A stretch of 64,000 bases of DNA from a virus. The position numbers and the translations under genes are program-made. Positions 54,735 through 64,000 of the stretch are shown here, in pieces; position 1 is the stretch's first letter, and each line of letters opens with the position of its first letter. Under the pieces are notes generated by a model. That model was not told where the DNA came from, made no database searches, and saw only the letters and a program-made list of their open reading frames with translations. The stretch covers positions 2,426 through 66,425 of the IMG/VR virus record IMGVR_UViG_3300015360_000042. The stretch is one strand, 5' to 3'.

Positions 54735-55155
54735 GATCCCTCCTTACAGGTGTTATTTGAGTGTTGATAGTTTTTGTTTCTTGTCTGATATTATTTGCTA
54801 AAGTAATTAGCATGTCTGTTTTAACGTGCAAAGCATCTAGCTTTATTTTTGAGAAACTAAGAACGATTTTTAATTGATGTAGACTCTCTTTAAGTTCGAT
54901 GACCTCCATATTTGTTTTAACTAAATCCCTAATGTATGTTTCGGACAAAGCACCTTTTACTTGCTTGTACTTCACGCGAAAATGATTAGATAGTTTTGCC
55001 TCAACTAGCTCCAACTGATTTGATGTTTTCTCAAACTCCATTTTAGCAGTGGTCACTTTCATACCAAATTGATAAATCAAAGTTGCTTGTTTAGATAGCT
55101 CATCGTTAATTTTTGTTTTGTTTATTTTAAGAAATTCGTTAAATTTTATTTTCAT
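54727..55155 (-). CDS. UvsY-like recombination mediator
   Basis: 142-aa coiled coil 'INDELSKQATL...LSETYI...LDALHVKTDMLITLANNIRQE', adjacent to SSB and RecA. Confidence 0.65.
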   Translation of the reverse strand: MKIKFNEFLKINKTKINDELSKQATLIYQFGMKVTTAKMEFEKTSNQLELVEAKLSNHFRVKYKQVKGALSETYIRDLVKTNMEVIELKESLHQLKIVLSFSKIKLDALHVKTDMLITLANNIRQETKTINTQITPVRRDHE

Positions 55156-55225
55156 ATTTCCATTTCCAATTCTAATTTCAATTCTTAATATTTAATAATA
55201 AAGTATCTAATCAATCAAGAAATAT

Positions 55226-57874
55226 TTAGGAGTATTTCACCTTTTCCGAGTACCAACACGACGCGTAAAAATCATGGTCTATTTTCAATAATAATTCAGA
55301 TTTTTTACCCTTATTTAAAATAGTCGGCATCACACTTTGAATAATGTCACCGATTCTTTTTACCTCGGATTTATGGCACTCACCAACAACACCGTCGTGA
55401 ATGAACATTAACGCACGTGCTTGTATATTTTGTTGCTTAATACTATCCATAAGCCTGAGAATTGCAGGTTCAAATACTTCATGTGCGCCGCCTTGAACGG
55501 GCGTATTCATCGCTTGTCTGCCAATCTCTTCTTTAAGATTTTTTGAGATCCACACATTCTCTCCAAATTTTGAATTAAGAAAATCCGTGGCCATTCCAAA
55601 TCGTCGCTTTCTGCCAGATGGTAGAGATATGAAGCCTTTAGTTAATGCCTCTTTTACTTTCTCATCCCTCCAATGTTTTAATTGTGGGTATAGCGAGAAG
55701 TACGCATCAATCATATCTTGCGCCTTATCAATTGTTATTTTAAATTCCTCCGCATATGACGAGGCCATTTTTCCATAATTTAAACCAAATCCGATCATCT
55801 TTGCTTGTGTTCTTAAATTGGTAAACTTGTATAAAATGTCTGGATCTAATTTGTCTTTAGATATTTTTCCTTTGCCAATACATTCTAAAAATTGTTCATA
55901 CGACACTGACTTATCAATCGTCCCTAGTGTGTGACCTAAGTTAACTGCGTTAAAAGCATGAATGTCCGGTAGCGTCTTTAAATTTGAAATTAAATTCATA
56001 TCCTCAGATAAGGCGGCAACAATATATTGTTCCAAGGCAACAAAATCTGCCTCAAACAAAACCCAATTGTTGTCGGTTGGTAAGATTACATTTCTTGAAT
56101 TTGGAAGGCCCTTAACCGGACGTGGCCAAACTTGAAGGGAAGGCGAATTGCACGTATGTCTACTCGTTCTCGCTGTGTGTAGATTAAAATTGGCGTGAAT
56201 CCTATTATCAAGATCAAGATATTTTACGAAACCACCTTTTCCGTTTTTACCATCTACATACGTCCCTTTAATTTTTGATAGCTTTTTAAAATTTAAAATT
56301 ACTTGCGGTAACGCTGAATACTTTTTAAATTTTGTAAATTTTAATAAAGCTGTCTCATTTGTTGAGTATCCCGTCTTGTTCCTTTTAATTTTTAATTTTT
56401 CAAACGGGTAATGATTCTCAATCATATACGTTAAAATTTGTTTTGGAGAATTAGGATTGAAAGCATCAATTGATGTCAACTTGTCTAGTACAAGTTGTAA
56501 TTCTTCAAACTTTTTTGTAATAATTTTTGATGTGTCCAAAAGTAGTTTTTTATCTATCTTTACCCCAACATATTCGGATTCCATAATATGTTTTAATATT
56601 GGCATTTTTTGCTTCATTAAATGCTCAGTCATTCCTTCTCTTTTTATTTCTTTGACTTGTTGTTCGAATAACCTGAAGGCCCCGCTACAATCGAAACCTA
56701 AATATTGCTCCATTAGTGGAGGCGGAATAAATTGATAAGTTCGACGTTTCTTAACATCCTTACTAACGTACTTCCATAGCTCAGTATCGTATGGGCCAAA
56801 ATTAATATCTCTTCGTTCAAGGCAATAATTTAGTGAATGTGTTACGTTCTCATCAATTAATGAATCCGCAATTAGCGTATCCCATTTAAAATTTTTAATC
56901 GGCATTCCGTTGAATAACAAAAACTTTAAATCAAATTTTCCGTTATGAAATATGAAGGATAAGTTATCAAAACTATTTACTGTCTTGATCGCTGTGTGAA
57001 TACTTTTATGATGCTGTTTGGTAAATTTGTTTATTTCGACTCCGCGACTTATCTCTTGCTTTGTCCATTTTTCACTGTGCGCCTTTTTATATTGTTCTAA
57101 AAACAATATATGAGTTAAATTTTTATTAAACGCAAAGCCCGCGTTTATTATCTTATGCCTAAAGAAATCAAACCCAGTAGTCTCTAAATCCGATGCACAG
57201 TACTTTTGCTCTCTTGCAATTTCAACGAATTCATTTAATGCGGTTAGAGTTAGAATGGTATTTACTTTAGGTGTCAATAGTGGAGGAATTTCGCCCGTGG
57301 CTAAATACGCTTTGGCCTTTCCAAAATGATGAATAATATCTCCTGACACCTCCCATTTTTTTAGTGAAGAGGAGAGTGAGAAAGTTGGCAATAATTTTGT
57401 TTCAAACTTTATTAGCCTAGTATTGCCGGCCGCCTCTACTTCGTAACTAAAATCAAAATCAATAAAGTGTCCGGCAAAATCGGCCAAGCTTTTTTTACCT
57501 GTCAACATTTGATGTGCAGTCTTTCCCATTGTTAAAATGAGTCTAGGCTTGTGCTCCATTACCTCAGATAATAAATACTCGCGGCACATTTCAATGTGTT
57601 GTCCCTTAACATCGGACGCTTGCTTTGGCGTACACTTAATCGCTGATGTAAAAAAAACCTCACTAAACTTAATTCCTACCTTATCTAAAAAATAGTTTAA
57701 TTTCGCACCAGTATCACCCGATGCAACCATATCTCTAAGATTATCAAAATAAGTTGGGTAATCTTGAACGATCATTAATTTTGTACGTGATGAGTGCGCA
57801 CCACGACCAAACAATAAAGTTGTCTTACATCCAGAGCTTAAACTACATTTTGTGCATCTTTTATCGTATTCCAT
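55226..57874 (-). CDS. polA: Family A DNA polymerase with N-terminal UDG family-4-like domain and 3'-5' exonuclease
   Basis: N-terminal CxxC...KC.P...C (UDG-F4 Fe-S ligands). Exo I 'DLETTG', Exo II 'HNGKFD', Exo III 'YLGFD'. Motif A 'ADFVALE', motif B 'RTQAKMIGFGLNYG', motif C 'IHDG'. Confidence 0.92.
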   Translation of the reverse strand: MEYDKRCTKCSLSSGCKTTLLFGRGAHSSRTKLMIVQDYPTYFDNLRDMVASGDTGAKLNYFLDKVGIKFSEVFFTSAIKCTPKQASDVKGQHIEMCREYLLSEVMEHKPRLILTMGKTAHQMLTGKKSLADFAGHFIDFDFSYEVEAAGNTRLIKFETKLLPTFSLSSSLKKWEVSGDIIHHFGKAKAYLATGEIPPLLTPKVNTILTLTALNEFVEIAREQKYCASDLETTGFDFFRHKIINAGFAFNKNLTHILFLEQYKKAHSEKWTKQEISRGVEINKFTKQHHKSIHTAIKTVNSFDNLSFIFHNGKFDLKFLLFNGMPIKNFKWDTLIADSLIDENVTHSLNYCLERRDINFGPYDTELWKYVSKDVKKRRTYQFIPPPLMEQYLGFDCSGAFRLFEQQVKEIKREGMTEHLMKQKMPILKHIMESEYVGVKIDKKLLLDTSKIITKKFEELQLVLDKLTSIDAFNPNSPKQILTYMIENHYPFEKLKIKRNKTGYSTNETALLKFTKFKKYSALPQVILNFKKLSKIKGTYVDGKNGKGGFVKYLDLDNRIHANFNLHTARTSRHTCNSPSLQVWPRPVKGLPNSRNVILPTDNNWVLFEADFVALEQYIVAALSEDMNLISNLKTLPDIHAFNAVNLGHTLGTIDKSVSYEQFLECIGKGKISKDKLDPDILYKFTNLRTQAKMIGFGLNYGKMASSYAEEFKITIDKAQDMIDAYFSLYPQLKHWRDEKVKEALTKGFISLPSGRKRRFGMATDFLNSKFGENVWISKNLKEEIGRQAMNTPVQGGAHEVFEPAILRLMDSIKQQNIQARALMFIHDGVVGECHKSEVKRIGDIIQSVMPTILNKGKKSELLLKIDHDFYASCWYSEKVKYS

Positions 57875-58122
57875 TAATGCGCCAAGTTTTGTAAATCAAT
57901 ATTTTGCTTAAATGTCGATTCAGTTATTTGTGCCACAGAAAGCTTCTCACTGGTCAAGTTTTTAAAAATAAGCGTGGTGTTATGATTTATACTAATTCTT
58001 AACACCTGACCAACCATTGCTAGTTTTCGTGCACGATCAATTCTTTTTAAAATCTCTAAAATTTGCTCCTCGTTCGATTCAATTTCAAATACTAGTTCTG
58101 ATTCTAAATTTGTATTTACCAT
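57874..58122 (-). CDS. Hypothetical protein
   Basis: 82-aa ORF coupled to the polymerase start. Confidence 0.55.
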   Translation of the reverse strand: MVNTNLESELVFEIESNEEQILEILKRIDRARKLAMVGQVLRISINHNTTLIFKNLTSEKLSVAQITESTFKQNIDLQNLAH

Positions 58123-58128
58123 ATAATC

Positions 58129-58548
58129 CTATTTAAACCTGTTTACTTTTTTTGGTGTATCAAAAGATAGTTCACTGCCAGATGTTAATTCCACTTCTTG
58201 AACTTCTGATTCTTCCTTAACCTCAATGCCAAGAATATTCGCGACTTTTCTTAAATTGGATTGGTTATTTAGAAATTGATCGACTTCAAAGCGAATAAAT
58301 ATTTCACGCTCATTTAGTCTGTCTCTTACTATTGTTTCTAATTTTTTAATGGTTTCTGTGATATCTTCAATAGGATATAGTTTTGTTGTCATGGATTCAT
58401 TCAAACAAACTTTTTTATCCAAATTATTAATTGTTTTGACTGTGACAGAGATACCAAATTTATGACTCTCGTACTCACCAATATTTACTGTTCGCTCCTC
58501 CCAATACGTTATAGTGTTTGGTTGGATGCCTTCATTTTTAGTTTCCAT
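58129..58548 (-). CDS. Hypothetical phage protein
   Basis: 'ERTVNIGEYESHKFGISV' is a motif I recognise from phage replication clusters. Function unknown. Confidence 0.6.
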   Translation of the reverse strand: METKNEGIQPNTITYWEERTVNIGEYESHKFGISVTVKTINNLDKKVCLNESMTTKLYPIEDITETIKKLETIVRDRLNEREIFIRFEVDQFLNNQSNLRKVANILGIEVKEESEVQEVELTSGSELSFDTPKKVNRFK

Positions 58549-58560
58549 TTTTATTTCCCT

Positions 58561-60396
58561 TTAAAATCGTTTTTTAGTTTTATGCGCCTCGTACCGCTTT
58601 CTCTCTTTTGCATTCATTAGTTTTACAAATTCACCTCCTCTATCAATAAATAACGAACGTCTACCTAACATGGCCAACCAAGACTTACCACCTTCTACCC
58701 ACCTTCCGGTAACTAAAAACTCAGTCCTGCCACTCATTGCGCCCTCTCGTATTCCCATCGCTTCTTCTTCTTCTGTTAAGTCGCCATCGTTTGCTTGTCT
58801 ATGCATTAAAATAATTAAATCAGCATCTTGAAATATGGAGGCTGACCCTTTTAAATCTTCATTTCTAATCGGTTTATTCGTATTAGTTTTCCTTGGATGC
58901 GCAATCAAAATTAAAGTAATGTTTAAATTCTCGGCCAAAATTTTAAACGCTTGAGTTGCTTTATCAATTAACGTTTTTTCATCATCTCCACGGCAAAGAA
59001 AGTGAAGGTTATCAAAAACAAAAACTTTTAAATTATGTCTTTGGACCATTTCAGTAATTTTTTCAACAACTTTATCTAATTCCAAATCACCCATTTGTGG
59101 GTAATATGTAAAAATTAATTTGTTTTGTCTTCGCATTAAGTAATTCAATCGATCGAAATCTTCTGGTTCAACGGCATCAAAAGAATGATAACCTTGTAAA
59201 TTCATACCAATCCACTTCTCAGCTAACCGTTCTTCGCGCATTTCGCACGAATACATACCGCTTGCAATACTGTAGGCCTTTGCCCAGTAGTCTAACAAAT
59301 TCATTGCAAAAGTACTCTTTCCAGCTTTTGGTTTAGCGCATAAAACAACAAGATGGCCTTGCTTTAGTGCGCCAGTAACTCTTTGCAATCTTGGCCAAGG
59401 AAAAGATAGTCCTGACTCTTCAACCTCTTCACTATTAATTTTCTTACGCGCCAATGCAATTGATGTACTTAAATTATTTACACCATGAACTTGATATTGT
59501 GTGGCGTCTGATTTCAGTTTATTAAAATCACTTAGGGTGTATTTTTTAATAAAATCATTGGGATCTTTAACGTCTTCCGGTAACGTCATTACATAGCATC
59601 TTCCCATGCCAAGACGTTTAGCTAATTTTTCTGCGCCTTCCATTCCGGCCGTATCATTATCTAGTAATAAATAAATCTTTTTAAATCTTAGAAGTCTATC
59701 GTACCAAGCATCTTTAAATGACCCAGCACCGGCCGTTAATCCTATAACATTTTCAGCACCAAGTACCCAAACTGAGATTGTATCAATTTCGGATTCTGTA
59801 ATAATAATTTCGTCGTAATCTAAATTAAAAATCGCACAATCGTTATATAAGACGGTGGCCCCGCCTTTTTCTCTTCTCCATTTGAATTTCTTTTCAACAT
59901 TGGGATCGAGTGAACGATATTTTATGTTCACGCACTTACCATCTTTAATATGGGGAATCGCTAGATGCTCTCCACAATTTTTACCATTCAATATCGATGT
60001 TGCGCCCAATTTAAAATGTATAATGGCGGCTTTAGTTATATTTCTTTCTTGTGTTAAATACTTATACGTTTTGAACTTTGATGTACGTCTAATGTTTTTA
60101 CAAAAAGGTAAATGAATATTTGGATTAATGGTGCATTTTTCTTCTTGCGCATCTCTGGCCAATTTCTCTGATGTTTTAATTGTTGATTTATTATTTAAAG
60201 CAAACACAAACGAACTTAGTTTTTTACCACCACTAGAGCAATTAAAACAATGCCAATGATTGTTCTCCTTACTTAAACCTAATCGCTCGCTAGTATCGGA
60301 ACAAAGAAAACAATTCATTTGAAAATGTGTATCTGTTTCTCTGAACTTTACTTCAAACTTATTTAATAAATCTAAAACATTTACTTCTTCAGACAT
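58561..60396 (-). CDS. Primase-helicase (T7 gp4/Twinkle-like)
   Basis: Zn-binding CFLC...CFNC, TOPRIM 'TESEID' and 'DND', Walker A 'AKPKAGKS', 'FDNLH', and 'LKGSASIFQDAD'. Confidence 0.92.
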   Translation of the reverse strand: MSEEVNVLDLLNKFEVKFRETDTHFQMNCFLCSDTSERLGLSKENNHWHCFNCSSGGKKLSSFVFALNNKSTIKTSEKLARDAQEEKCTINPNIHLPFCKNIRRTSKFKTYKYLTQERNITKAAIIHFKLGATSILNGKNCGEHLAIPHIKDGKCVNIKYRSLDPNVEKKFKWRREKGGATVLYNDCAIFNLDYDEIIITESEIDTISVWVLGAENVIGLTAGAGSFKDAWYDRLLRFKKIYLLLDNDTAGMEGAEKLAKRLGMGRCYVMTLPEDVKDPNDFIKKYTLSDFNKLKSDATQYQVHGVNNLSTSIALARKKINSEEVEESGLSFPWPRLQRVTGALKQGHLVVLCAKPKAGKSTFAMNLLDYWAKAYSIASGMYSCEMREERLAEKWIGMNLQGYHSFDAVEPEDFDRLNYLMRRQNKLIFTYYPQMGDLELDKVVEKITEMVQRHNLKVFVFDNLHFLCRGDDEKTLIDKATQAFKILAENLNITLILIAHPRKTNTNKPIRNEDLKGSASIFQDADLIILMHRQANDGDLTEEEEAMGIREGAMSGRTEFLVTGRWVEGGKSWLAMLGRRSLFIDRGGEFVKLMNAKERKRYEAHKTKKRF

Positions 60397-61117
60397 TTAC
60401 TTCATTTCTCAGTTTACTTATGTAATCCGAAATCCTTTTATCCATTACTCGACCGCGCCTAAGTATCATAAAATCTCTACAATATACTGCTTGTTGCATG
60501 GTGGCCGTTTCGTCCTTTATGTTATTAAAGAATTTTATATATCTTTCGTTAGTAGTTAAAGTTAATTCTTTCTCTTCATCGGTAATAAACAAGCGTTTAA
60601 ATTCTTTATTTTTGTTGATCTTCTCCAATTTTGTTTTATGCAAAAATGTTTGATAACTATGATATCGCTCAATGGCCAAGTTAGTGTGTAACGCACCTAA
60701 TGGTGGAAATTGTTTTAAATATCCGAACCCATGGATTTGGGCCTGAATGTAGTGATTGAAATTTTTTTCCTTTAATTCATAGCAAATTTTTACTGCTTTT
60801 AAGAATGACGTAAACTCTTTTGATGCATGGTCTATTTTATATTTCACTTGTCTATTTTGGAATTCACTTTTTAATGTGTAAAAACACTTCATCATAAACT
60901 CACCGTCAATAACTAATTGCGACGGCAATTGATTGGTTAATACGTTTTTGAATTTATTAACAATTCTCTCAGCTAAACTTGGCGATAGAAAATCAATAAT
61001 TAGGTCGCCTAAGATTTTATTATCAATCAATATAAAATCTTCAAAGCAATATCTAATAAGTGTTTTATTGCCTTTTACTTTAAAGTCAATGCTATCTCTT
61101 ATATCTGCAATTTTCAT
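60389..61117 (-). CDS. Hypothetical protein
   Basis: 242-aa ORF coupled to the primase-helicase. Confidence 0.6.
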   Translation of the reverse strand: MKIADIRDSIDFKVKGNKTLIRYCFEDFILIDNKILGDLIIDFLSPSLAERIVNKFKNVLTNQLPSQLVIDGEFMMKCFYTLKSEFQNRQVKYKIDHASKEFTSFLKAVKICYELKEKNFNHYIQAQIHGFGYLKQFPPLGALHTNLAIERYHSYQTFLHKTKLEKINKNKEFKRLFITDEEKELTLTTNERYIKFFNNIKDETATMQQAVYCRDFMILRRGRVMDKRISDYISKLRNEVNV

Positions 61118-61131
61118 TTCTTATTCCATTT

Positions 61132-61163
61132 TAAAAATGGGCACTACTTTTTACATAGTGCCC
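61132..61163 (-). terminator. Rho-independent terminator (minus strand)
   Basis: The minus strand reads GGGCACTA-tgtaaaaag-TAGTGCCC-attttt. Confidence 0.75.
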
Positions 61164-61190
61164 TCTTTGAGATTGAATCAGGAGGCGACC

Positions 61191-61958
61191 CTAATCAACC
61201 TCGAAGTTAATTTCTTCTTCTTCAAGATCCAAATCATCAACGTCTAAATCAATATCATCAATTGAATCCAAGTCTAAATCGGTATCGGAGTTATCCTCTT
61301 CAGCAATTTCAACTTTTTTGACCTTCTTTTCTTTACTTACTTTTTGAACCTTCTTTTTGAACTTCTTATCATTACTAACTTCTTCAAAAACTTCTTCGAC
61401 CTCAACGGCTGATTCATCACTGCTTGCATTGATTAAATCATCAACTGCTTCATTAACAAGCTTGCGCATTTCATTAATATTTTTTGACTTATTTAAAATA
61501 GTTTTCTTTAGGCCCCATTTAGCAATAACAGCGTTTAAATCCTTAACTTCCATTTGATTGATTTCATTTTCCGATGGCAATTCTGTTTCATCAGATTCAG
61601 GTGCATCTTCAATTTCTTCAACAATTTTTGCCTTGGCCTTTAAAGGTAGTTGAGCGTCTGCTTTTATTTTCTTGATGGCCATGGGTGCCTCGTTTACTTT
61701 TTCTACTTGATTCAAATTAACCAAATCTTTTAAACAAACATTACATTTTACATATTCTAATAATGTGGGTGAACCACAATGAGGACATGTAATATGAAGG
61801 TCTTTTCCGGCCGATGATAAAAACGCTGTTTTAATTTTGTCATGCGTATCAACAATCTTAACAATATCAGATGCTACTATCGTTAGTGCCTCTAACAAAT
61901 TTTTACCTTTCAGATTCTTTGTTCTTGTGGTGATAAACTCCACTACTAAATCATTCAT
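61191..61958 (-). CDS. Zn-ribbon protein with acidic C-terminal tail
   Basis: CPHCG...CNVC, followed by K-rich and D/E-rich blocks. Confidence 0.65.
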   Translation of the reverse strand: MNDLVVEFITTRTKNLKGKNLLEALTIVASDIVKIVDTHDKIKTAFLSSAGKDLHITCPHCGSPTLLEYVKCNVCLKDLVNLNQVEKVNEAPMAIKKIKADAQLPLKAKAKIVEEIEDAPESDETELPSENEINQMEVKDLNAVIAKWGLKKTILNKSKNINEMRKLVNEAVDDLINASSDESAVEVEEVFEEVSNDKKFKKKVQKVSKEKKVKKVEIAEEDNSDTDLDLDSIDDIDLDVDDLDLEEEEINFEVD

Positions 61959-63537
61959 GCTTTCTCCTTATAATTATGGCGTCAGTATTTTTAATCCAAA
62001 CAACGCTGTTAGTGTATTTTTCTTTTATGTTATTCATTGCTTTGCGACTAATTGAATCCTTATCGACAATCACATCAATTGTAGGGATTGCTTTTTTTCT
62101 TCCGTATAGTTCGATTAACTTATCGTCAAAAGTGCGCTCGACTCTACCTTTTTGTTGATTAAATCTTTCTAGGTTATTGCCAGAGGCCGTTGTAATGATT
62201 AAGTGTTCTAATGAACGTAAATTTAAACCAACCTCTGCTTTTTGTGTTCCAATAATATAATCTAATTTTTTTGCGTAAGATAATTTTAAAATGCGGTCAT
62301 ACGCGCCATCATGATCATAATTAAGTAAAATTTCCTTAACTGAATCCGCCATTTGAGTCTCATCGGTCAATTTGGACCCAATTGCACCGACTAGCATATC
62401 GCCTCTAAACTTCGATAACATTTTAAACAAAATCCCAGCGTGCTCCTTTCTCTCAACTAAAATTAAAACGAGCTTACCTTCTCTAATTTTACGAATGGCC
62501 CTTTTGCATATTAGAATATTTCTTTGATTATTTCGTGCCATTCTAGTTAAGTATGCCGCGTGTTGATTATCTTCATCATACGTTTTATCAAAGTAGTCTG
62601 ATTTAACTAATTGAATAGTTGATAGAATTTTTGAATCGGACGCCTTTTCCTCAATTTTTACTCTTATTGGCCCAAACGCGTCAAAAGTTAAACACTCTTT
62701 ACCGTCTTTACGTTTTACTTCTGCAGTGGCCGTGAATCTGTAACGCGCTCTGAATTGATTGACTACTTGTTGAATACCTTCGATCGGTGTCTTTTGCGAT
62801 TCATCAAAGAACACGAATCCAACTTTTTCAACGAAAATATCTCTATGCTTCTTATTCATTAATGAATGGTATAAACAAACATTAATTACGCCCAGTTTTG
62901 GTTTTTTAAATATTCCGCCAACACCACCAATCTTTTTATAATCAAAATTAAATAATAGTGGATTGACTGCTTCATTAATCCATTGTTCTTGCAAAAAGGT
63001 AGTATGAACTATGATCATCATTGGTTGCCCTATATCAGCGCCCAATTCAAGGCCTACAAGCGTTTTACCAAACGCGGTTGAACCAATGCCAATGCCGCCT
63101 GTCCATTTCAGCATTTCTCTTATAAAGACTTGTTGATCGTCTCTTCTGACTGTTTTTGATTGATTGTAGGCTATTGTTGGTAAAACCAGTGTTCTATCAA
63201 CAACGTTGGTCTTTATGTTAAATAACTTAAAAATTCCAAGCATTCCGTCAATTGCACCGCGACTAATTCTTAAATTATTATCCTCGTCAATTTCATGCGT
63301 ACGAAGATGCTTTTGAATACCAAAATTGGAATAACCCCATTTCTCATTTTCAACAAACTTAGGGTTTCTATAAGTGGTTTTGTTTTTGATTTTTTGAAGA
63401 ATGATCTTGCCATCTCTTAATTCCAAAATATCAAAAACGTTTATAATAAGAGTTGCCTCAATTATAATTTTAATTTCGTTTTTCAAAGTCGCCTCTTTAA
63501 AAATTTTTAAAATAATAAACGCTAAATATTCAATCAA
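61951..63537 (-). CDS. SF2 helicase (UvsW/type III Res-like)
   Basis: 'STAFGKT', 'FDESQK', 'TAEVKRKDG', 'VGLNL' and 'QQKGRVER'. The true start may be TTG 63486 (RBS GAGG). Confidence 0.85.
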   Translation of the reverse strand: MIEYLAFIILKIFKEATLKNEIKIIIEATLIINVFDILELRDGKIILQKIKNKTTYRNPKFVENEKWGYSNFGIQKHLRTHEIDEDNNLRISRGAIDGMLGIFKLFNIKTNVVDRTLVLPTIAYNQSKTVRRDDQQVFIREMLKWTGGIGIGSTAFGKTLVGLELGADIGQPMMIIVHTTFLQEQWINEAVNPLLFNFDYKKIGGVGGIFKKPKLGVINVCLYHSLMNKKHRDIFVEKVGFVFFDESQKTPIEGIQQVVNQFRARYRFTATAEVKRKDGKECLTFDAFGPIRVKIEEKASDSKILSTIQLVKSDYFDKTYDEDNQHAAYLTRMARNNQRNILICKRAIRKIREGKLVLILVERKEHAGILFKMLSKFRGDMLVGAIGSKLTDETQMADSVKEILLNYDHDGAYDRILKLSYAKKLDYIIGTQKAEVGLNLRSLEHLIITTASGNNLERFNQQKGRVERTFDDKLIELYGRKKAIPTIDVIVDKDSISRKAMNNIKEKYTNSVVWIKNTDAIIIRRKHE

Positions 63538-63602
63538 TCAATCTTTATTTTTAAAATAAATCTTAAAATATATGATAGTTAATTATTTCGCTCAGTTATT
63601 AA

Positions 63603-63651
63603 CTTTTTGAAATAATATGCGTTAAAGAGTTTCAAAAAGAACGCATATTAT
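63603..63651. promoter_or_regulatory. Interleaved inverted repeats in the divergent intergenic region
   Basis: ctttttgaaa (63603-12) pairs with tttcaaaaag (63630-39). ataatatgcgtt (63612-23) pairs with aacgcatattat (63640-51). Confidence 0.6.
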
Positions 63652-63682
63652 GGTTTAAGCAAAATGTGCGTTACAATAAATA

Positions 63683-63871
63683 ATGCTTAAAGAATTCCTA
63701 ACAATCGTCGTAATTTGTTCTTATCGTCCGGAATACGTTTGCGAAGAAATTTCTAAAAAAGATGAAACCGAATATAAAGATAATGATTTCGTCGAATCCG
63801 ATGTCATTCAAACCAACTATTCTGAAAAACTAGACACCGACATTAAACTTCTTGATTTTAAAAAATACTAG
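63683..63871 (+). CDS. Small hypothetical protein
   Basis: 62-aa ORF with a short hydrophobic N-terminus and no clear RBS. Confidence 0.35.
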   Translation: MLKEFLTIVVICSYRPEYVCEEISKKDETEYKDNDFVESDVIQTNYSEKLDTDIKLLDFKKY

Positions 63872-64000
63872 AGAACTAAAACAGGTAATTTACCAAGAAA
63901 GGCTTTCAGCCTTAAAGCATTGTATTTAATAGCTTAACGCTATCAAATCACATACTTTTTCTTGCAAAGAAAAGATATGTGGAATATTTTTAATATTCTA

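Noticed and set aside
1028-62158. Numerous 60-150 aa antisense or nested ORFs in the track (e.g. 7358..7804, 18850..19209, 26313..26675, 47786..47986, 54493..54801)
   Set aside because: They lie opposite or inside well-supported genes, have S/F/L-rich shadow composition, and show no motifs.
63603-63651. H-type pseudoknot
   Set aside because: The A-B-A'-B' order fits, but loops 1 and 3 are 0 nt, too short to span 10-12 bp stems. Kept as alternative hairpins instead.
1-64000. tRNA/rRNA genes, integrase, transposase, introns or inteins
   Set aside because: Intergenic gaps are short, I recognised no cloverleaf with a T-loop, and I saw no intein C-terminal HN-C/S/T block or unexplained insertions in the polymerase, helicases or RecA.

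Overview
The window is an AT-rich, gene-dense segment of a large tailed phage with a contractile tail (myovirus-like, distantly T4-like structural proteins). It uses the standard genetic code. From 1 to about 45.1 kb, on the + strand, is the virion morphogenesis block: portal (5'-truncated), prohead core proteins, prohead protease-scaffold, major capsid, neck, sheath, tube, tail chaperone, tape measure, baseplate, a 2404-aa fibre and two paralogous receptor-binding proteins. From about 45.1 to 63.5 kb, on the - strand, is the replication/recombination block: SF2 helicase, primase-helicase, UDG-fused family A polymerase, UvsY-like protein, SSB, UvrD, RecA, SbcD/SbcC, RuvC and a cold-shock protein. 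The most notable signals: (1) Four DNA amino-methyltransferases form a translationally coupled tandem array inside the head operon. They have near-identical flanks and junctions but unrelated central target-recognition regions, and the first copy is disrupted by a 6-nt insertion inside DPPY. (2) GCWGC is almost absent from Ala-Ala codon pairs, and GGCC appears enriched. (3) A hidden +1 frame behind a CCC TTT CGT site precedes the tape measure gene. (4) An unannotated 30-aa histone H1-like peptide gene has its own promoter and RBS. (5) One protein has a LigA-like OB/Zn-finger region but no ligase catalytic domain. I saw no tRNA, rRNA, CRISPR array, integrase or reverse transcriptase. All calls come from motif recognition and gene order by eye; no database search was run.
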